Shown piece by piece: positions 13,201-27,866 of a stretch of DNA of 64,000 bases (positions within the stretch are counted from its first letter, which is position 1; the number at the start of each line of letters is the position of its first letter). Source of the DNA: Tubiluchus corallicola (taxonomy: Eukaryota; Animalia; Priapulida); contig JAQGDQ010000869.1 in assembly GCA_030141605.1 (NCBI GenBank), positions 1 through 64,000 on the forward strand. Reading direction: 5' to 3'. Under the pieces are notes generated by a model that saw only the letters and a list, made by a program, of their open reading frames with translations, did not search any database and was not told the DNA's origin. Both the position numbers and the translations under genes were made by a program.

Positions 13201-14274
13201 ACAACAACAACAACAACAGTAATACCAACAACAATAACAACATTATCAACAACAACAATAGCAACATCAACAAAAATAGCAACAACAACAACAGCAGCAT
13301 CAACAACAATAGCAACAACAACAACAACAGCATCAACAATAATAGCAACGACAACAACAGCAGCATCAACAACAATAGCATCAACAACAACAACAACAAC
13401 AACAACAACACAAACAACTACTAGCTTGATCATGTAAAACTGCTGAAACACTGTACAACGCATACAGCAGCTAGAGAACTGTCGTCCAATCATAATCGTT
13501 TGATTGATATTCGCATGGCGTGTCTCGTGTTGGACTTTGATTGGTCGTTTACGACGTCATAAACCATCAGCAACGTTTCAAAATCCCATTTACTTTATGG
13601 CTTCTCATAGTAAGGCTAATTACGTCGCAATAATTTTCAAATCATTCTGCAATCAGTGCCTTCACTTATTCAAACGGCGTTACGCTTAGCTGCAGCGTGT
13701 TTTGTCGGCTTAGTTATTCGAAAGCTGTCAAAATCTAACATGTAATTACGCTGCAATAATTTTCAAATCATTCTGCAATCAGTGCCTTCACTTATTCAAA
13801 CTGCGTTACGCTTAGCTGCAGCGTGTTTTGTCGGCTTAGTTATATGAAAGCTGTCCAAATCTAACATGTAAACAGCCTAAAAAGTAAACGGAAATAGCAA
13901 GCTCGTAAATTCTCTGATATTATTTTACTGTTGTATGATGGTTCTCTCGGTCCGTTTCATTTGAAATTTTTTGTGGTACGCGCACATTTTCCAGTCTGAG
14001 AATTCTGTTATATAAAACACGTTGGCAAAACGGTAGAGCATTACAGATGGGCCGTTCTGAGACTAACTTATCCTTGTTTGCTTTGAGTTTGACAAAATGG
14101 AATTTCGAGTGTGAATAATCTCTGGTTGATTTTGTAAATTCTGGGCTCAGAATGCGAGCTTTGTTAAGGTGTTAACCCTTTATTCCCGCTTTTTCATGGT
14201 CCCCCCTCTCACTCTCTCTCTCATTCTCTCACTCTCTCCCTCACCCTCTCCATAACTCCCCCCTCCCCCTCCCC

Positions 14275-14315
<41 letters not shown>

Positions 14316-14346
14316 TTTCTTTCTCCCACCCTCTCTCTCCCTCTCC

Positions 14347-14406
<60 letters not shown>

Positions 14407-17400
14407 TCTTTCTCTCTCTCTCTCTCTCTCTCACTCTCACTCTCACTCTCTCTTTCTCTGTCCCTTTCTCTCTCTCACACACACACACACACACTCTCTC
14501 TCTCTCGCTCTAACATTTTTTATTTAATTATCAACTTTCCAGGTGTATTGTGGGCCTGTCATTTAGTGATCCATTCTTTGAGTTTTCGTGCTTTGGCAAG
14601 GAAAACATGGAGAGATCTAATTAGCTTACCTGTGTATTTGTTGCATCAAATGCAGCATCAAACACGTACTGCTTCTCTCTGGATCTGTTGGCACGTAAAA
14701 TATCATCTGGATCCTCCATCGGATCCATAAGTACAACCATCTGTAAAAATGCAACACAAAAATTACATAGACTTTCTGGAAAAGCCCTGATGCACGAGTC
14801 CCTCGAATACTGGCTCACTCAGTTACGCCAAATTCATACATATGAAGTCCACGTGAAATTACTTGTGGTGTATTAGCAGCACTATTACTTATACAGTCAT
14901 TGTTAATCGCATATATCCGTATAGAACTTATATTAAAACAGGTAGTGCAACTGCTTACGGTATAGTAACTTTCATGTACTAATTACACTTGTTTGTTATG
15001 TGGCTTGTATGTAAAATCTGACCGAGTAACTGCTTGTGGTGTGTTATAAAATACGCACTTTCCGAAGAGGATAAGAATTTTTTAACACTGGATCCCTAAA
15101 ATCTGCTATCCTCAAAATTTGGCGGCCTAGTTAGGCAAATGGTAAACAAACCCCTGTCAGGGCCTACTTAATATGGGTGATTGTGGTGAGACCAGAGCCT
15201 AGCTATTTATCCAAATTCTAAACTCATTCAGCCCTCGTATTCTGTTCATATCATGGCTCATTTTTCTTTTTAAATTGCATCTCGAAATTGATGGTGTCGG
15301 AGTCTTTGTTAGTTTGCCAATTACATTATATTATACATGTGGTAACATTACTCTTATGACATCCCACCCCCACGCTGTGATGGTTCGATCCATCATGAAG
15401 CCATTGCATTTCAGGTATAAAAGCGCTGATCGTCGACTCAGCAGGTAAACAGACATTATTGTGCATTTTTACCATCACAGCACCTGTTCCGCAAACACAG
15501 ACCAGAATGAGGCACACAGTATATATTTTATTTCTACAAGTCTCTGCCTATCCTTAGCTAGCTGATATACAAAACACAACAGAGGAAAGATTCCATCACC
15601 CTGGCGTTGAACCCGGACCACTTGGCATCCGAAATACAAGGTACCAGGGTAGCGGCCAATCAGACCCCCTATCGGCGAGGACCCAGCGTCGTTGCAATAT
15701 AACTAATATCAATTCAGACCGATTTCTTCCTTTTTTCACAGATTTATTTTTATCGTTTTGTAAATAAAGTAAATTCGATATAGCCTATAATTTCTTCATT
15801 TTTTCATAAGTTTATCTTTATAGTTCATGTCCTATACTAAAAAGAGTTTTGGATTTGACTATCAAAAGTAATTAGTTTAAACATAATTTATTTAGGATTG
15901 GATCAGACAGTTTGAACAACATGATTTAGGATCCTCACCACAACAGACTTTATACACTATTTACAAAAACATTTACAGTAAGAATAGACTATAACTACAC
16001 AAGCTGACAAGTTTTACTACAAGAATACATTAGACATTAGTAGAAAATGACGGTTAGAAAATATTAATGTACGAATATTTAAGACTGCTGCATTTTATAT
16101 CAGATAGAAACTACTGGAAGCGTTTAGTACGTAATATAAAGTCATGTACACATTGGAATATTTTACAGTTAGCAACATAGTTAAATTCATCTTTTCCGAA
16201 TAATAACAACTTCAACAGATCATTATTTCCTAAGGCAGCTATATTAAGGTTTTCGTGCAGAAGTATTTCATTTAATTTATCAAACATAACAACCCTAGTT
16301 TGTTGATACAATGGGCAGTGCAAGTAACTGTAGGCATTGCATGTGTAATGAATGCTTGCAGTTGAGATAATCAAGGTGGCAGGTGTCAGGAATTTTCCAC
16401 TCTCGCTTCAATGCACAAAATGCCACAGATGTTTGATTTGCAATAAGTTACGCGAATGTCACGTAATAATGTAAGGTAACCCATTAATATTTAATGCAGT
16501 TGAATAATTACTCGTCTCATAGCACAGAAAGCGAGCGTCCTCAGGTGAACTACATTTCGTTTTTGGTGTGTATTCATCCGCCGAATAAATACACTGTTCA
16601 CTGTAAATGGTAATTTTTTATGATTTATAATATTCATTATATTTAATATTTAATTATAAAATAATATTATAATAGTTTAATAATATTAAAATAATTTTAA
16701 TAATATAAAATAAAAATAAAATAATTTAATAATAAAATTAATATTTTTAACGTATTTTTATACATTTTGTGATTTTTTTATGCAAAATTCATCAAATGTA
16801 TACATTACTGTACAATACGTACTACGCATGCGCAAAAATACTTTAGACGGAGTACCGCAAAAACCCGCGAAACAGCGAAAATACCGCGATAAATATTTTA
16901 CATTAATATTTTTGAAAACCCGCGAAACAGCGAGTCCGCGATAAACGAACCGCGAAGTAGCGAGGGAACACTGTCTAGCGATGTGTGAACGAAATCCGAG
17001 CAATTATACCATTCAAACCTGAAGCCAGAACAAATCGGTTTTGTCTATATAATTGATATGGGTTTCATGAATTTAAAGGAAAAGAGAAGTCAGTTTAGGT
17101 TTATTTTACTGTCATCGCTTAAAGGAAGACGGGATGATTTTTTTCGTATACTACGCAATTTTCAAATCCGATAAAAGTATGCATTTTAACACAATTAATA
17201 CTGCAAAAGCGTTTCTGATAATTAAATAATTGGTTAAAATTTTAATTAACGGCGGGCGAGCCTAACTACGTATGACATCACAAACTAACATAATTATCAA
17301 CAGCAAAAATATTCCATGAGCGTGTTGCACGTGTTTGCGATAGCGAAAATTGAAGTACAGTGCTACTGTAAGATATTCAGTGTGTTGTACTAAAACTCGG

Positions 17401-20400
17401 CAAGTTTTAAGATAAAAAATTAAATTTCAAATTTACCGCTGTACTCATGCATAATAGTTTCTGACGTCATATGACATAGAGCCCATTTTCGTGACATCAC
17501 GTGTTTAAGCAGTAACACTTACGCAAATGTGCTTGACGCGCAAGGGAAGACGCCTGCCATTGCGCAAACTGAGGTTAGTTTCTGACGTAAGCAATACCTG
17601 TGTTTGGTTGCCGTTAATTAACTTTCTAAGCTAATTATTCAAATACAAGAAAGAAATGTTAACTTTTACAGGCGAGAAAATGTACATTTTGGACAGTAAA
17701 TTAAACGAGATTGAGTCCAAACAATCGTCCGGTTTTCCTTTAAGCTGTAACTTTTCATATCACTGGCTTCTATAACAGCAGTTACTCTCCCTGGGTAAAA
17801 TGATGAAAAATAAATCAGGAATTAGTCACCAGCCATTTTAATTATTAATTTTCAATTGGCTGATGGAAGGTATTTATCAGTGGTTAGGTGAGAAAGCGCC
17901 GGCTAGCATACCTGTCGGTTGCCAGGATACCAGACTCACCTATGAATCGATAACCATTAACTGATAATTAAACAAGTTCTAGAAGCAACTGAGACGCCTA
18001 GGTCTGGCATAACTTACAGATCAGGTAAACACTGCCGTCTTATTGCATACAGGGCTTGCGTTAGTAGCAACTCTGTGTAAAACTAGTAAATTTAAACTCC
18101 AGCGGCAACAGATGGGTGCGTCATTTTAATTATAATGCCTTTCAAACAAGTTTCGATAACAAATTTGAAAAAACAAAGTATTCGTAGCACGTTTCATGCT
18201 AAGGAAAAGTTTGAATTACTTTAACCTCGTAAAGAAAATCAATAATGGGCTTTTCAAACAGTGTCGTTTTACCAGTTGGCTGAATATTTCAAATTATTAA
18301 GTATTTTTTCTAGTTACTTAAGCATTTCAAGCAGGAATGTCTATTGCTTTATCATTGTATAAAATAAATCACGTTGAAAACACCGGTTCTCGTCTGATCA
18401 CCGAAGTTAGGCAACGTAGAGCCTGGTTAGTACTTGGATGGTGATCGCCTAGGAATACCAGATGCTGTAGGCTTGCGGGATGCCCACATTGTATCTCGAC
18501 ACTAGGCGGAGGAGCTGCACAAGCAGCCAACGGCTAGAGGGCGGAGGAGGTCAAGTGACCCAGCGGCCATGTGTACAGGAGTAAACCTTCCAAATCAGGA
18601 GTGGAGCCCCGAAGGCGGACCAGTGCAGCATGCTCACTGACTCCGGCAGCTCCTGCAGCCAACCTGGTGCCAAACGTATCGCTCCGCTTTCCTTTGGACT
18701 ACACCAGGGAGGAAGAGAGGGGGTTCCTGTTGTATGGGCAACTCACGCTCTCCATACACCTTGCCCAGGCGTGTGCCCTCGAGACGTCCAAGGGTCGCAC
18801 TGCTCAGCCATAGTCGACGCTGCAGCTCCATCAATGTGATCAATAACTGACTCTCTTGGCGCACTCGGACGTCCCGAGACAGAAGGATGCTAACCACACC
18901 AGCGAGGAAGAGAGGGGGTTCCTGTTGTCTGGGCAACTCAGGATCTCCATACACCTTGCCCAGGCGTGCGCCCTGGAGACCTTCAAGGATCGCACTGCTC
19001 AGCCACAGTCGACGCTGCAGCTCCATTAATGTGATCAATGACTCTCTTGGCGCACACTCGGACGTCCCGAGACAGAAGGATACCAACCAACCACATAAAA
19101 AATTCTTGGCGATATATTTTAAAATTCTTTTTACTTTCCCTCCAATACGCAAAACAAATGAAATTTCAATGTTTAGTTTGTTATACAATACGGCTCACCA
19201 CAATCTGGAATCAAGTATTCAATAGCTTAATCAACGTTGATAGTTGTGGCAAGACCGAACATTAAATCTATCCCCTCTAAGATGAGTTACAGAAACTGCT
19301 CCATTTACGAAGGGAACAACCAATGGCAAGTAAAACTACCCTCAGAAAGAATCAAACATACTCACTCCATCCATCTACAGGCCAGTACCGGCAGTGCTTA
19401 ACTTCGGCCGCAAATCGGCCGTGACCTCGCAGCTGTTCACCTCGCCTCTGAGATGGGCTTCTTAAACCGAGAATGTTTATTATTTTTACTGAACATGCAA
19501 TAATCAATAGTCACCATCACGCTAAGAAATTAAAGAATGAAAAATTTAACACAAAAAAGTCTAAAAGTGAATTAGATCCGTTCCGTCAATTTCATGCACT
19601 GACACACCGGACAAGTCACTAAATTAGGTGTAACATGGCGTTACTAAATTGCTGACCAACTGAATTGTTGACCAAATGCTGCAGAATTCTGTCTTTAGTA
19701 ACTTGGGTCTTCTGTCATACCCTAAACACGATGAGAATTAACACTTTTGCAACGAATGAAAGGGGGACCATATTACCGTTTGGTCAACGTGATTATTATT
19801 CAGGTGACATTGGTGAGTTTTTCGTCTTTTGTCACCCTTTAATACGTGATATCAATTTTTTTCATTACCATTTTTAAAGCACAAGAAAACCGTTCGCTTA
19901 CATAAAGCTTAAAAATTCGTCTTGAAACCTTATATCACTGACATACTGCCTTTTTGCTCACACGGCTCGCGTCGGCAGTAACGCTGTACGAAACTTGTAA
20001 ATTTAAACTCCCGCGATGACCGTTAGGCGCAGCCATTTTAATGGTAGGTCGTTCGAAACAAGTTTAGATAACATTGCGCGAAGTTTGAAAAAATAATTAG
20101 AGCATTTGTAGCACACATCTTGCTAAATTTTAAATTACTGTATCTTGTCAAAAAGATTAAAAATGCGTTTTTGGTTAGTGAGTGGCGCACCCTGGAGGGT
20201 GAGTCAACGACATTTTACCAATGTCGAACATTTTAATTATTATGTCTAGTTACATAAGTTTTTCCAGCAGGTAAGTGAAATGCTAGGTAAAATAACTTTG
20301 CATTTAAAGTTTTTTTTGGAACATAATTCAACATTTCTTTTTCTTCCCCTGATTTTTATGTTGTGCGTATATGACATCATGCAATGGCGCAGTCGAAACA

Positions 20401-23400
20401 ATATTACGGGAGATTTAAATGAAAACAAACAAAAATTCGTTTCAACACAAATATGATAAACGCATAAAAATGCTGTAAAGTAATATAATTGGTTAAGCCG
20501 ATTTTTCGGAAACCTACATCAGGTACCCCTTTTTTGTCCTTTAATGTACGTGGCTTAATTGAGAATTGAGCTTATGAATAAGATGTGAATAAATTGTCGT
20601 AACTAAGGCAATTACTGGTGCTCTAATTTGCGTGATGGAGACTTGGACCTGTCTGTGTTAAATGCACTGCCTCGGCTTCTTTAGCAAAGAATTGAGCCCT
20701 GCAGTGGCAACACTAATTGAAGTAGATATTTGTCCACTAACCAAGATTGTTTACTGTGTTGCACGTGTCAGCGGTGTCACGTGATCGTAATGTAAACCAG
20801 GACAAAAGATTTCTCATCGTACTGGTGACAGAGACATCGCCAGTAACAGATGTTGAATTGTAAATTTGGAAAGGAATAATTTTTCAGCGAAGAGGAAGGT
20901 CGGTGTCTTTCTCTCCTGTCCCCGCGAGACACGCACGACGTCTTACGGATTAATTAAGCTGTTATGGGTAATTATTTATTTATCATATTTTTAATTATCA
21001 AAGCTTATGAACGACGAGTTACTAGTACGAAGATGATTCATAACTCTGTTATTATTAGGCTCTATCATAGGTAAAGTGTATACTATATCCAGGGGCGTAG
21101 CTAGATTCTAAATTTGAGGGGAGCAAGCGCATAAAAAGGGCGCCGTGACAGGGGCGTAGCCAAGTTCTAAAGTTAGGGGGAATCAAGCACATAAAAAAAG
21201 AGCCGTGACAGGGGCGTAGCAAAGTTTTAAAGTTAGGGGGAACAAGCACATAAAAAAGGGGCCGTGACAGGGGCGTAGCCAAGTTCTAAAGTTAGGGGGA
21301 ACAAGCACATAAGATAGGCACCGTGACAGGGGCATAGCTAGATTCTAAATTTGGGGGGAGGAGCAAGCACATAAAAAGGGCGCCGTGACACGTACCAAAC
21401 AGTTTTTAACGTGCTGATTATACATTTTAATTTTGCGTTTAAAATCAAAACACGAGGAAGACACAGGTTTAAAGGAAGCACATAATTCTTATTTTGCATT
21501 TAAAATTAAAACGTAATAAAAACGTTTGTGTTACTTAATTATTTTAATTTTAAACGTCGCACAAGTGAAGTAAAGAGTTAAAAATTGTTGAAAAGGTGAC
21601 TATTTTGAAAAATGTCATTAAGGGGAGCGCTCCCCCTGCTTCCCTTCTTAGCTACGCCATTGGCTATACGTTTTACTATTAGAAGACAATTATGTACGGA
21701 AAGACATTTGTCATAACATCACGGTTAATAATAATGATCATGATGGTGAGGAGGAAACCGACGATGACGGCGACGACATTGATGATAACAATAATAACAA
21801 CAACAACAATAGCAACAACAACAACAGCAACTGCAGCAACAACAACAACTGCAATAGCAGCAGCAACAACAACAACAACAGCAGCAGCAACACCAACAAC
21901 AACAGCAACAACAACAACAGCGACAATAACAACAACAGCAACAACAGCAACAACAGCGACAATAACAACAACAGCAACAACAACAACAGCAACAACAGCG
22001 ACAATAACAACAACAACAACAGTGACAGCAACAACAACAGCAACAACAACAACAACAATAGCTAGTAACAATAATTAAAGAAACAAAACTAGTCACCCTT
22101 TCCAAATTTCTCTAATACACGAAAGAAAACATTTTCACAAATGTATAAGTTGCTTACAATCACTTAAATAAATGTATTGTTACTGCGTGAGCTACAAAGT
22201 CCATGGTACTGAAAACACGTTGCACAAAACGCGTTCTGACACGTCAAAAAAGGCTCATTTTACAGCCCGAATGACGAATTCGGGTTTTACATTGGTGCAT
22301 TAAACTATTAACATTATTATATTTTCATATTTACTTTCTGCTTGCGCGAATGAAACAGAAAAAATTTTGTTGTTTCTAACCGCATTTAGATTCCATATTA
22401 GGAGATTTAGGCTCCCCATAGTTTCTCTACGAAAACAGTGACGTCACTGACGTGAGTTAGTTAAAGTAAAGATCAACTCACTGAATCGTCCACCTTGTGA
22501 GCAATGGGAATTGAACCAGCTATGATCTCCTCTTCGCTCAGCGGTCTGATTCGAACAGCAACCTGCAAATAGCAGCATTATTGTATACAATACAAAGACC
22601 CAAGAAAGATTTTGTGCAAGTTTCCCTACTCAATTGCGGGTCGCCATGTTGCCGCTAACAGCACCTCGCAATATCGCTTTTCATTTGTGCCGTGCAATGA
22701 AATAAAATTTATTTTAAAGAGAAAATTATATACTGCATTGCACGTGAATGACTAGAAACAGTGTAGCATGGTGCTCCCTGGACGACACAGTGGTCCAGGC
22801 TTCAAAAGGGAGACTTGCACTATAACGTTATAGTCAATAATCTGTTTTTGCATTGACATAGATTGGAAAGGGCTTGTCTCTGTAATTTTCTACATAAGTT
22901 GCAGGCAAAACTACAAATCAGAATAAAATGTATTGAGATTAATTTACACTAGTACACAATCAATTTTTTGTTGTCAATGTCAAGTTAATTCAATGTGATT
23001 TTATTATTGTCTTGCTGAAACTACTGTTCTGCTGTCGGATTCTCACCGCCAGGGTAGTTAGAATGACCTCTGGACGGTTCGGACCAGAACTTTCGGTGGG
23101 GGAGAGGCCCCTGTTCGAATACCACATTCTAAAACGAGATTAGTAAACCGAACGACTGGGACACATTCACCATCTTTGAAAAAGGGGCATAAGACTCGAC
23201 CAAAATGCTTCACTGATTTTTGTTGATGATTAAATGAGAAAAACTTGAAATTAGCAAACTGCTATTTTTATAGTGAGTGAAACTTTACGATGAATCTTGA
23301 GTAACTGACTAAACACAGAAAAACACAAAGAGTAAACTGCTATTTTTATAGTGAGTGAAACTTTACGATGAATCTTGAGTAACTGACTAAACACAAAAAA

Positions 23401-24476
23401 AACACAAAGAGTAAACTGTTATTTTTATAGTGAGCGAAACTTTACGATGAATCTTGAGTAACTGACTAAACACAAAAAAAACACAAAGAGTAAACTATTA
23501 TTTTTATAGTGAGTGAAACTTTACGATGAATCTTGAGTAACTGACTAAACACAGAAAAACACAAAAAGTAAACTGTTATTTTTATAGTGAGTGAAACTTT
23601 ACGATGAATCTTGAGTAACTGACTAAACACAGAAAAACACAAAGAGTAAACTGCTATTTTTATAGTGAGTGAAACTTTACGATGAATCTTGAGTAACTGA
23701 CTAAACACAAAAAAAACACAAAGAGTAAACTGTTATTTTTATAGTGAGCGAAACTTTACGATGAATCTTGAGTAACTGACTAAACACAAAAAAAACACAA
23801 AGAGTAAACTATTATTTTTATAGTGAGTGAAACTTTACGATGAATCTTGAGTAACTGACTAAACACAGAAAAACACAAAAAGTAAACTGTTATTTTTATA
23901 GTGAGTGAAACTTTACGATGAATCTTGAGTAACTGACTAAACACAGAAAAACACAAAGAGTAAACTGCTATTTTTATAGTGAGTGAAACTTTACGATGAA
24001 TCTTGAGTAACTGACTAAACACAAAAAAAACAAAAGAGCAAACTGTTATTTTTATACTGAGTGAAACTTTACGATGAATCTTGAGTAACTGACTAAACAC
24101 AAAAAAACAAAAGAGCAAACTGTTATTTTTATACTGAGTGAAACTTTACGATGAATCTTGAGTAACTGACTAAACACAAAAAAACAAAAGAGCAAACTGC
24201 CCTCGAGGGGTTACCAAACTCTCACATTTGCACCGAAACAGTTGGGAAGTCCTGAGAGGGCGGATGCAGGCTTGTCCTGTTCGGGGCTCAAATCACGCAA
24301 CCTCTGAACTCAAGTAAACAGAATGTGGCAATTATATTTATAGACTTTGCGCAAGTGAAATAGGTAAGTACTTGAATTTGAGCCAATCAGAAGGTAGGAT
24401 TTGTGAATTGATGCAGGTAAGGCATCTTACATATTGATATGCAGGAGTGTTTTACTTTAATGTGACTTTGTAGTGG

Positions 24477-24507
<31 letters not shown>

Positions 24508-27500
24508 GGTGGTGGTATTGGTAGTGGTAGTAGTAGCAGCAGCAGCAGTAGCGTAGTGCTGTTGCTGTTGTTGTTGTTGATGTTGTTTTTGCTGTTGCTT
24601 TTGCTGTTGTTATTGCTGCAGCTGCTACTGTAACTGTTGCTACTGCTGCTGCTGTTGCAGCTGCTGTTACTGTTGTTGTTGTTGCTGCTGTTGCTGTTGT
24701 GGTTGCTGTTGCTCTTGATCGTTCTCCTGCTGCGGACATGCATCACTATGCCGTTAAAGGGGAAGAAAAGGGCATGGAGCCTGCGTGTCTGTGTCCCTGA
24801 GCGAGTGAAAATTTGAACGCAAAACAGGGCGAAGTTCGGCTGCAACGATAAAGGGGCGCACCAACTTTTAATTCAAAATCTATTTTACCGACAGATGTTA
24901 CCACTTTATTACTAGCAGTGCTTACAATTTGGTGTCGCCATCTACCTACTGAAATTTCCGTTGAACTAACATACATACATACTAACATTTGATTCATTTC
25001 ACGCAGTTTTTTTAACTAAATCCCAAATTAATTTAAGTTGTATCAATAAAGGATAAATACATCTCACGACCGCTTACGTATTCAGGGCCGGATCAGTACC
25101 CCCAGGGGCCCCTGGGCACTGTTAGCCCAGAGGGCCCCCTCCCCAAAATCCACACCCTTAAGGAGGCCTCATTTACACCCGGACAACTGGAGCCACCACC
25201 AGACACGCAGACTACATACACACCCACCCACAACCCCCCCCCCCCCCCACACACACACACACAGGAAAAAATATATACCCAATCGCAAAGTGTCCCTGGG
25301 CAAAAATGCCCAGGTTGCCCTTATGGTAAATCCGGGCATGTACGTATGCACTGAAAATTAAATGAGTCCAACAAATTCACTCCCCAAAACTTACTTAACA
25401 AATTAGGTACATTTATAGAGAGTGTAAACACGTTAACGGAAGTAGTAATGAAAGAAGCCAATTTGTAATGATGAAACTCTAAGCTTACAGGTGCATATCT
25501 GAGCAAAGTTCAATCTTTGTCAAATATTTGCATTCGTGTTTCCTAAAATCTCCGCGTGGGTTAATATATGAGCTTGTACTGTTAGAGCAAATACCTAAGA
25601 GTTGTTGTATTCCAATTCTGTCAGCCCCAAATAAGCTACTGGTGTGATGGTTTCTGGAAGGAATCGAAGCATCCAAGAGGCCTCTAGTTTTGGAGGCACC
25701 TAACGGCGCTTCAAAGCAGTTTTTTGTGTTCTACAATAACTTATTTTGCTTGGAACAAATAAGTTTTTACGGTGTTTATATTATTGCGGCGGCAGCCAAG
25801 AGGTCCAAGGTTGAAATCAGGATCAGTCAAAGCATGTCTCTGTTGTCAATGACTATGGTCAATAGTTAGCTACAGCTAACAAAGCTTCATAGCCAAACTT
25901 TGGAATTACTGCTATTTTCTGATTTTAAAACTTCAAATATTACTTTGATTAAGTGTATTAGAGGACAAGAAACTGGCCAACCAAAGTAAGCCTCAGAAAA
26001 TTCGCAATAAAAAATTATATCACCTACGTATAATCTTTAGCGAATAAAGTACTCATGTTTTCGCATTTACTCCAATCTTTGTAAAATATTTCAACCGCTG
26101 TAGTAAACGTTGGTGCAGACATGTTTCATTTGGTCCGCCAATTGAAAAGCCAGCACGTGACTGATCACGTGGCATGACATCACTAGAACACAGTCGCAGT
26201 GAGTTCTGAGCACGTGTACTATAAAGATTTGTGTCGTGGTTCTGTGGCGCCAAAACAAACAGGAATTTTTTTAACGTGAGTATGATAAACGCTTAAGATT
26301 GCCTCTAACCGTTATAATTCTTTAGCGAAAATTTTCTGAAACTTGCTTTAACTAGGCATTTTCTTGTCCTTTAACCCTTTCATACCCATTGTATCCCGTG
26401 GGATACAAGAATATTTTCTGTCTTTAAAATTAATAAAATTTTAAAACTGACAGTTATTTGATTTGTTAATAGTTATTTTGATTTAAGCCAATAACAGTAG
26501 ACTAAAAATGGTGATAAAATGGCAAAATAGAAAATCTAGCACATTTTTTGCTTTTCTTGTGTTTTTAAAAAAGTCGGACTTTGTTTTTTTGCACATAACA
26601 AAGAATGTTGTGTATCCCACAGGATACATTGGGAACAAACGGTTGTAATTCACTTTCATAATAATAGACACAGGAATGCAATGATGTGCAAAAACTGTCT
26701 TGTTGTTACACTCAATAAGGCAATGATGTGCAAAAATCTCTTTGCAAGTCCAGTAATTAGATAGTATTGATACAGGCCTATAGCTAGTTATATAAAATGT
26801 CTATGATAACAGTTCGGGATGATCTATATGACGACCATTCATGCTGGAAAGTTATGGTGCTCCAAAAATATATTCCTACGACAAAGAATAACTATTGATG
26901 GCGACAATCACGATGATAGTGATGCCGATGACGACAACGATGATAATGACGAGAATGATGATAAAATCGACAATGATGATGAAGATGTTGATGATGAACG
27001 TGATTATAAAGATGATGACGATGGCTATGATGATGATGATGACGATGGCTATGATGATGATAGCTATAATAATGATGACGATGACGATGGTTATGATGAT
27101 GATGATGATGACGATGGCTATGATGATGGCTATAATGATGATGATGATTACTTATACGCAGAGAAAACCCGGGTTGTGGTGTTGATAATGGTAGGAAATA
27201 AGTTGAGAATGTGAAGCACTGCAGAGTATTAACGAGCTGAAACACAAACCGGGTCACGTGGATGAACCTGAATGGCTTCATCTGTGATTCAAACTGTAAT
27301 TGATCAGTCGGTATTCGTGCTCATTTAGATCACTTTATAGTCCAACTCTTTCTCTTTGTCAAAGTGGTATATAAAGCTCTCTTAAATTTTCCTATGAAAC
27401 TCCGCAAATTTGCGAGTTTCTTATTTTTCAACTTCTCGTTTTTTTTCTGCATCAGTATATTACTTAATTTTATTATTTTACTAGGACATTTTATAAGATG

Positions 27501-27783
27501 AAACTGGCAGGCTATATTAGCTTGTACGCCAGCCATAATATAGTAGTCTCCGTTATGTAAGTTGTAGTATTGCTATTTACAGTTAAGTTGTAGTATTGCT
27601 ATTTACAGTCGGCAGAAAGCTTTTTCAGCCTTAATTGTTCATCCAAAAGCCGATTTTAAATAAAGATTATTATTATCATTGTTGTTGTTGTTGTTGGTGG
27701 TGGTGCTGTTGTTGTTGTTGTTGTTGTTGTTGCTATTACTACTAGTACTATTACCATTATTATTATTATTATTGTTATTATCA

Positions 27784-27866
<83 letters not shown>

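Noticed and set aside
11407-13493. Poly-V/L/C/N/T ORFs (also at 21.7, 24.4, 26.8, 27.6, 29.0 and 55.1 kb)
   Set aside because: Translations of microsatellites.
18366-18474. Functional 5S rRNA gene
   Set aside because: It is 5'-truncated, has no oligo-T terminator, and continues into a SINE body shared with another dispersed copy.
19360-19410. Further 5S-like fragment on the minus strand (ccgaagttaagcac...ggatgga)
   Set aside because: Only two short motifs match; too degenerate to assign.
23047-23127. Alternative KIF19 first exon (MWYSNRG...ILTTLA, phase-0 gtgaga donor)
   Set aside because: The frame is compatible, but the peptide does not resemble KIF19 and the region looks repeat-like. 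28305-28418 fits better; this alternative cannot be excluded without RNA data.
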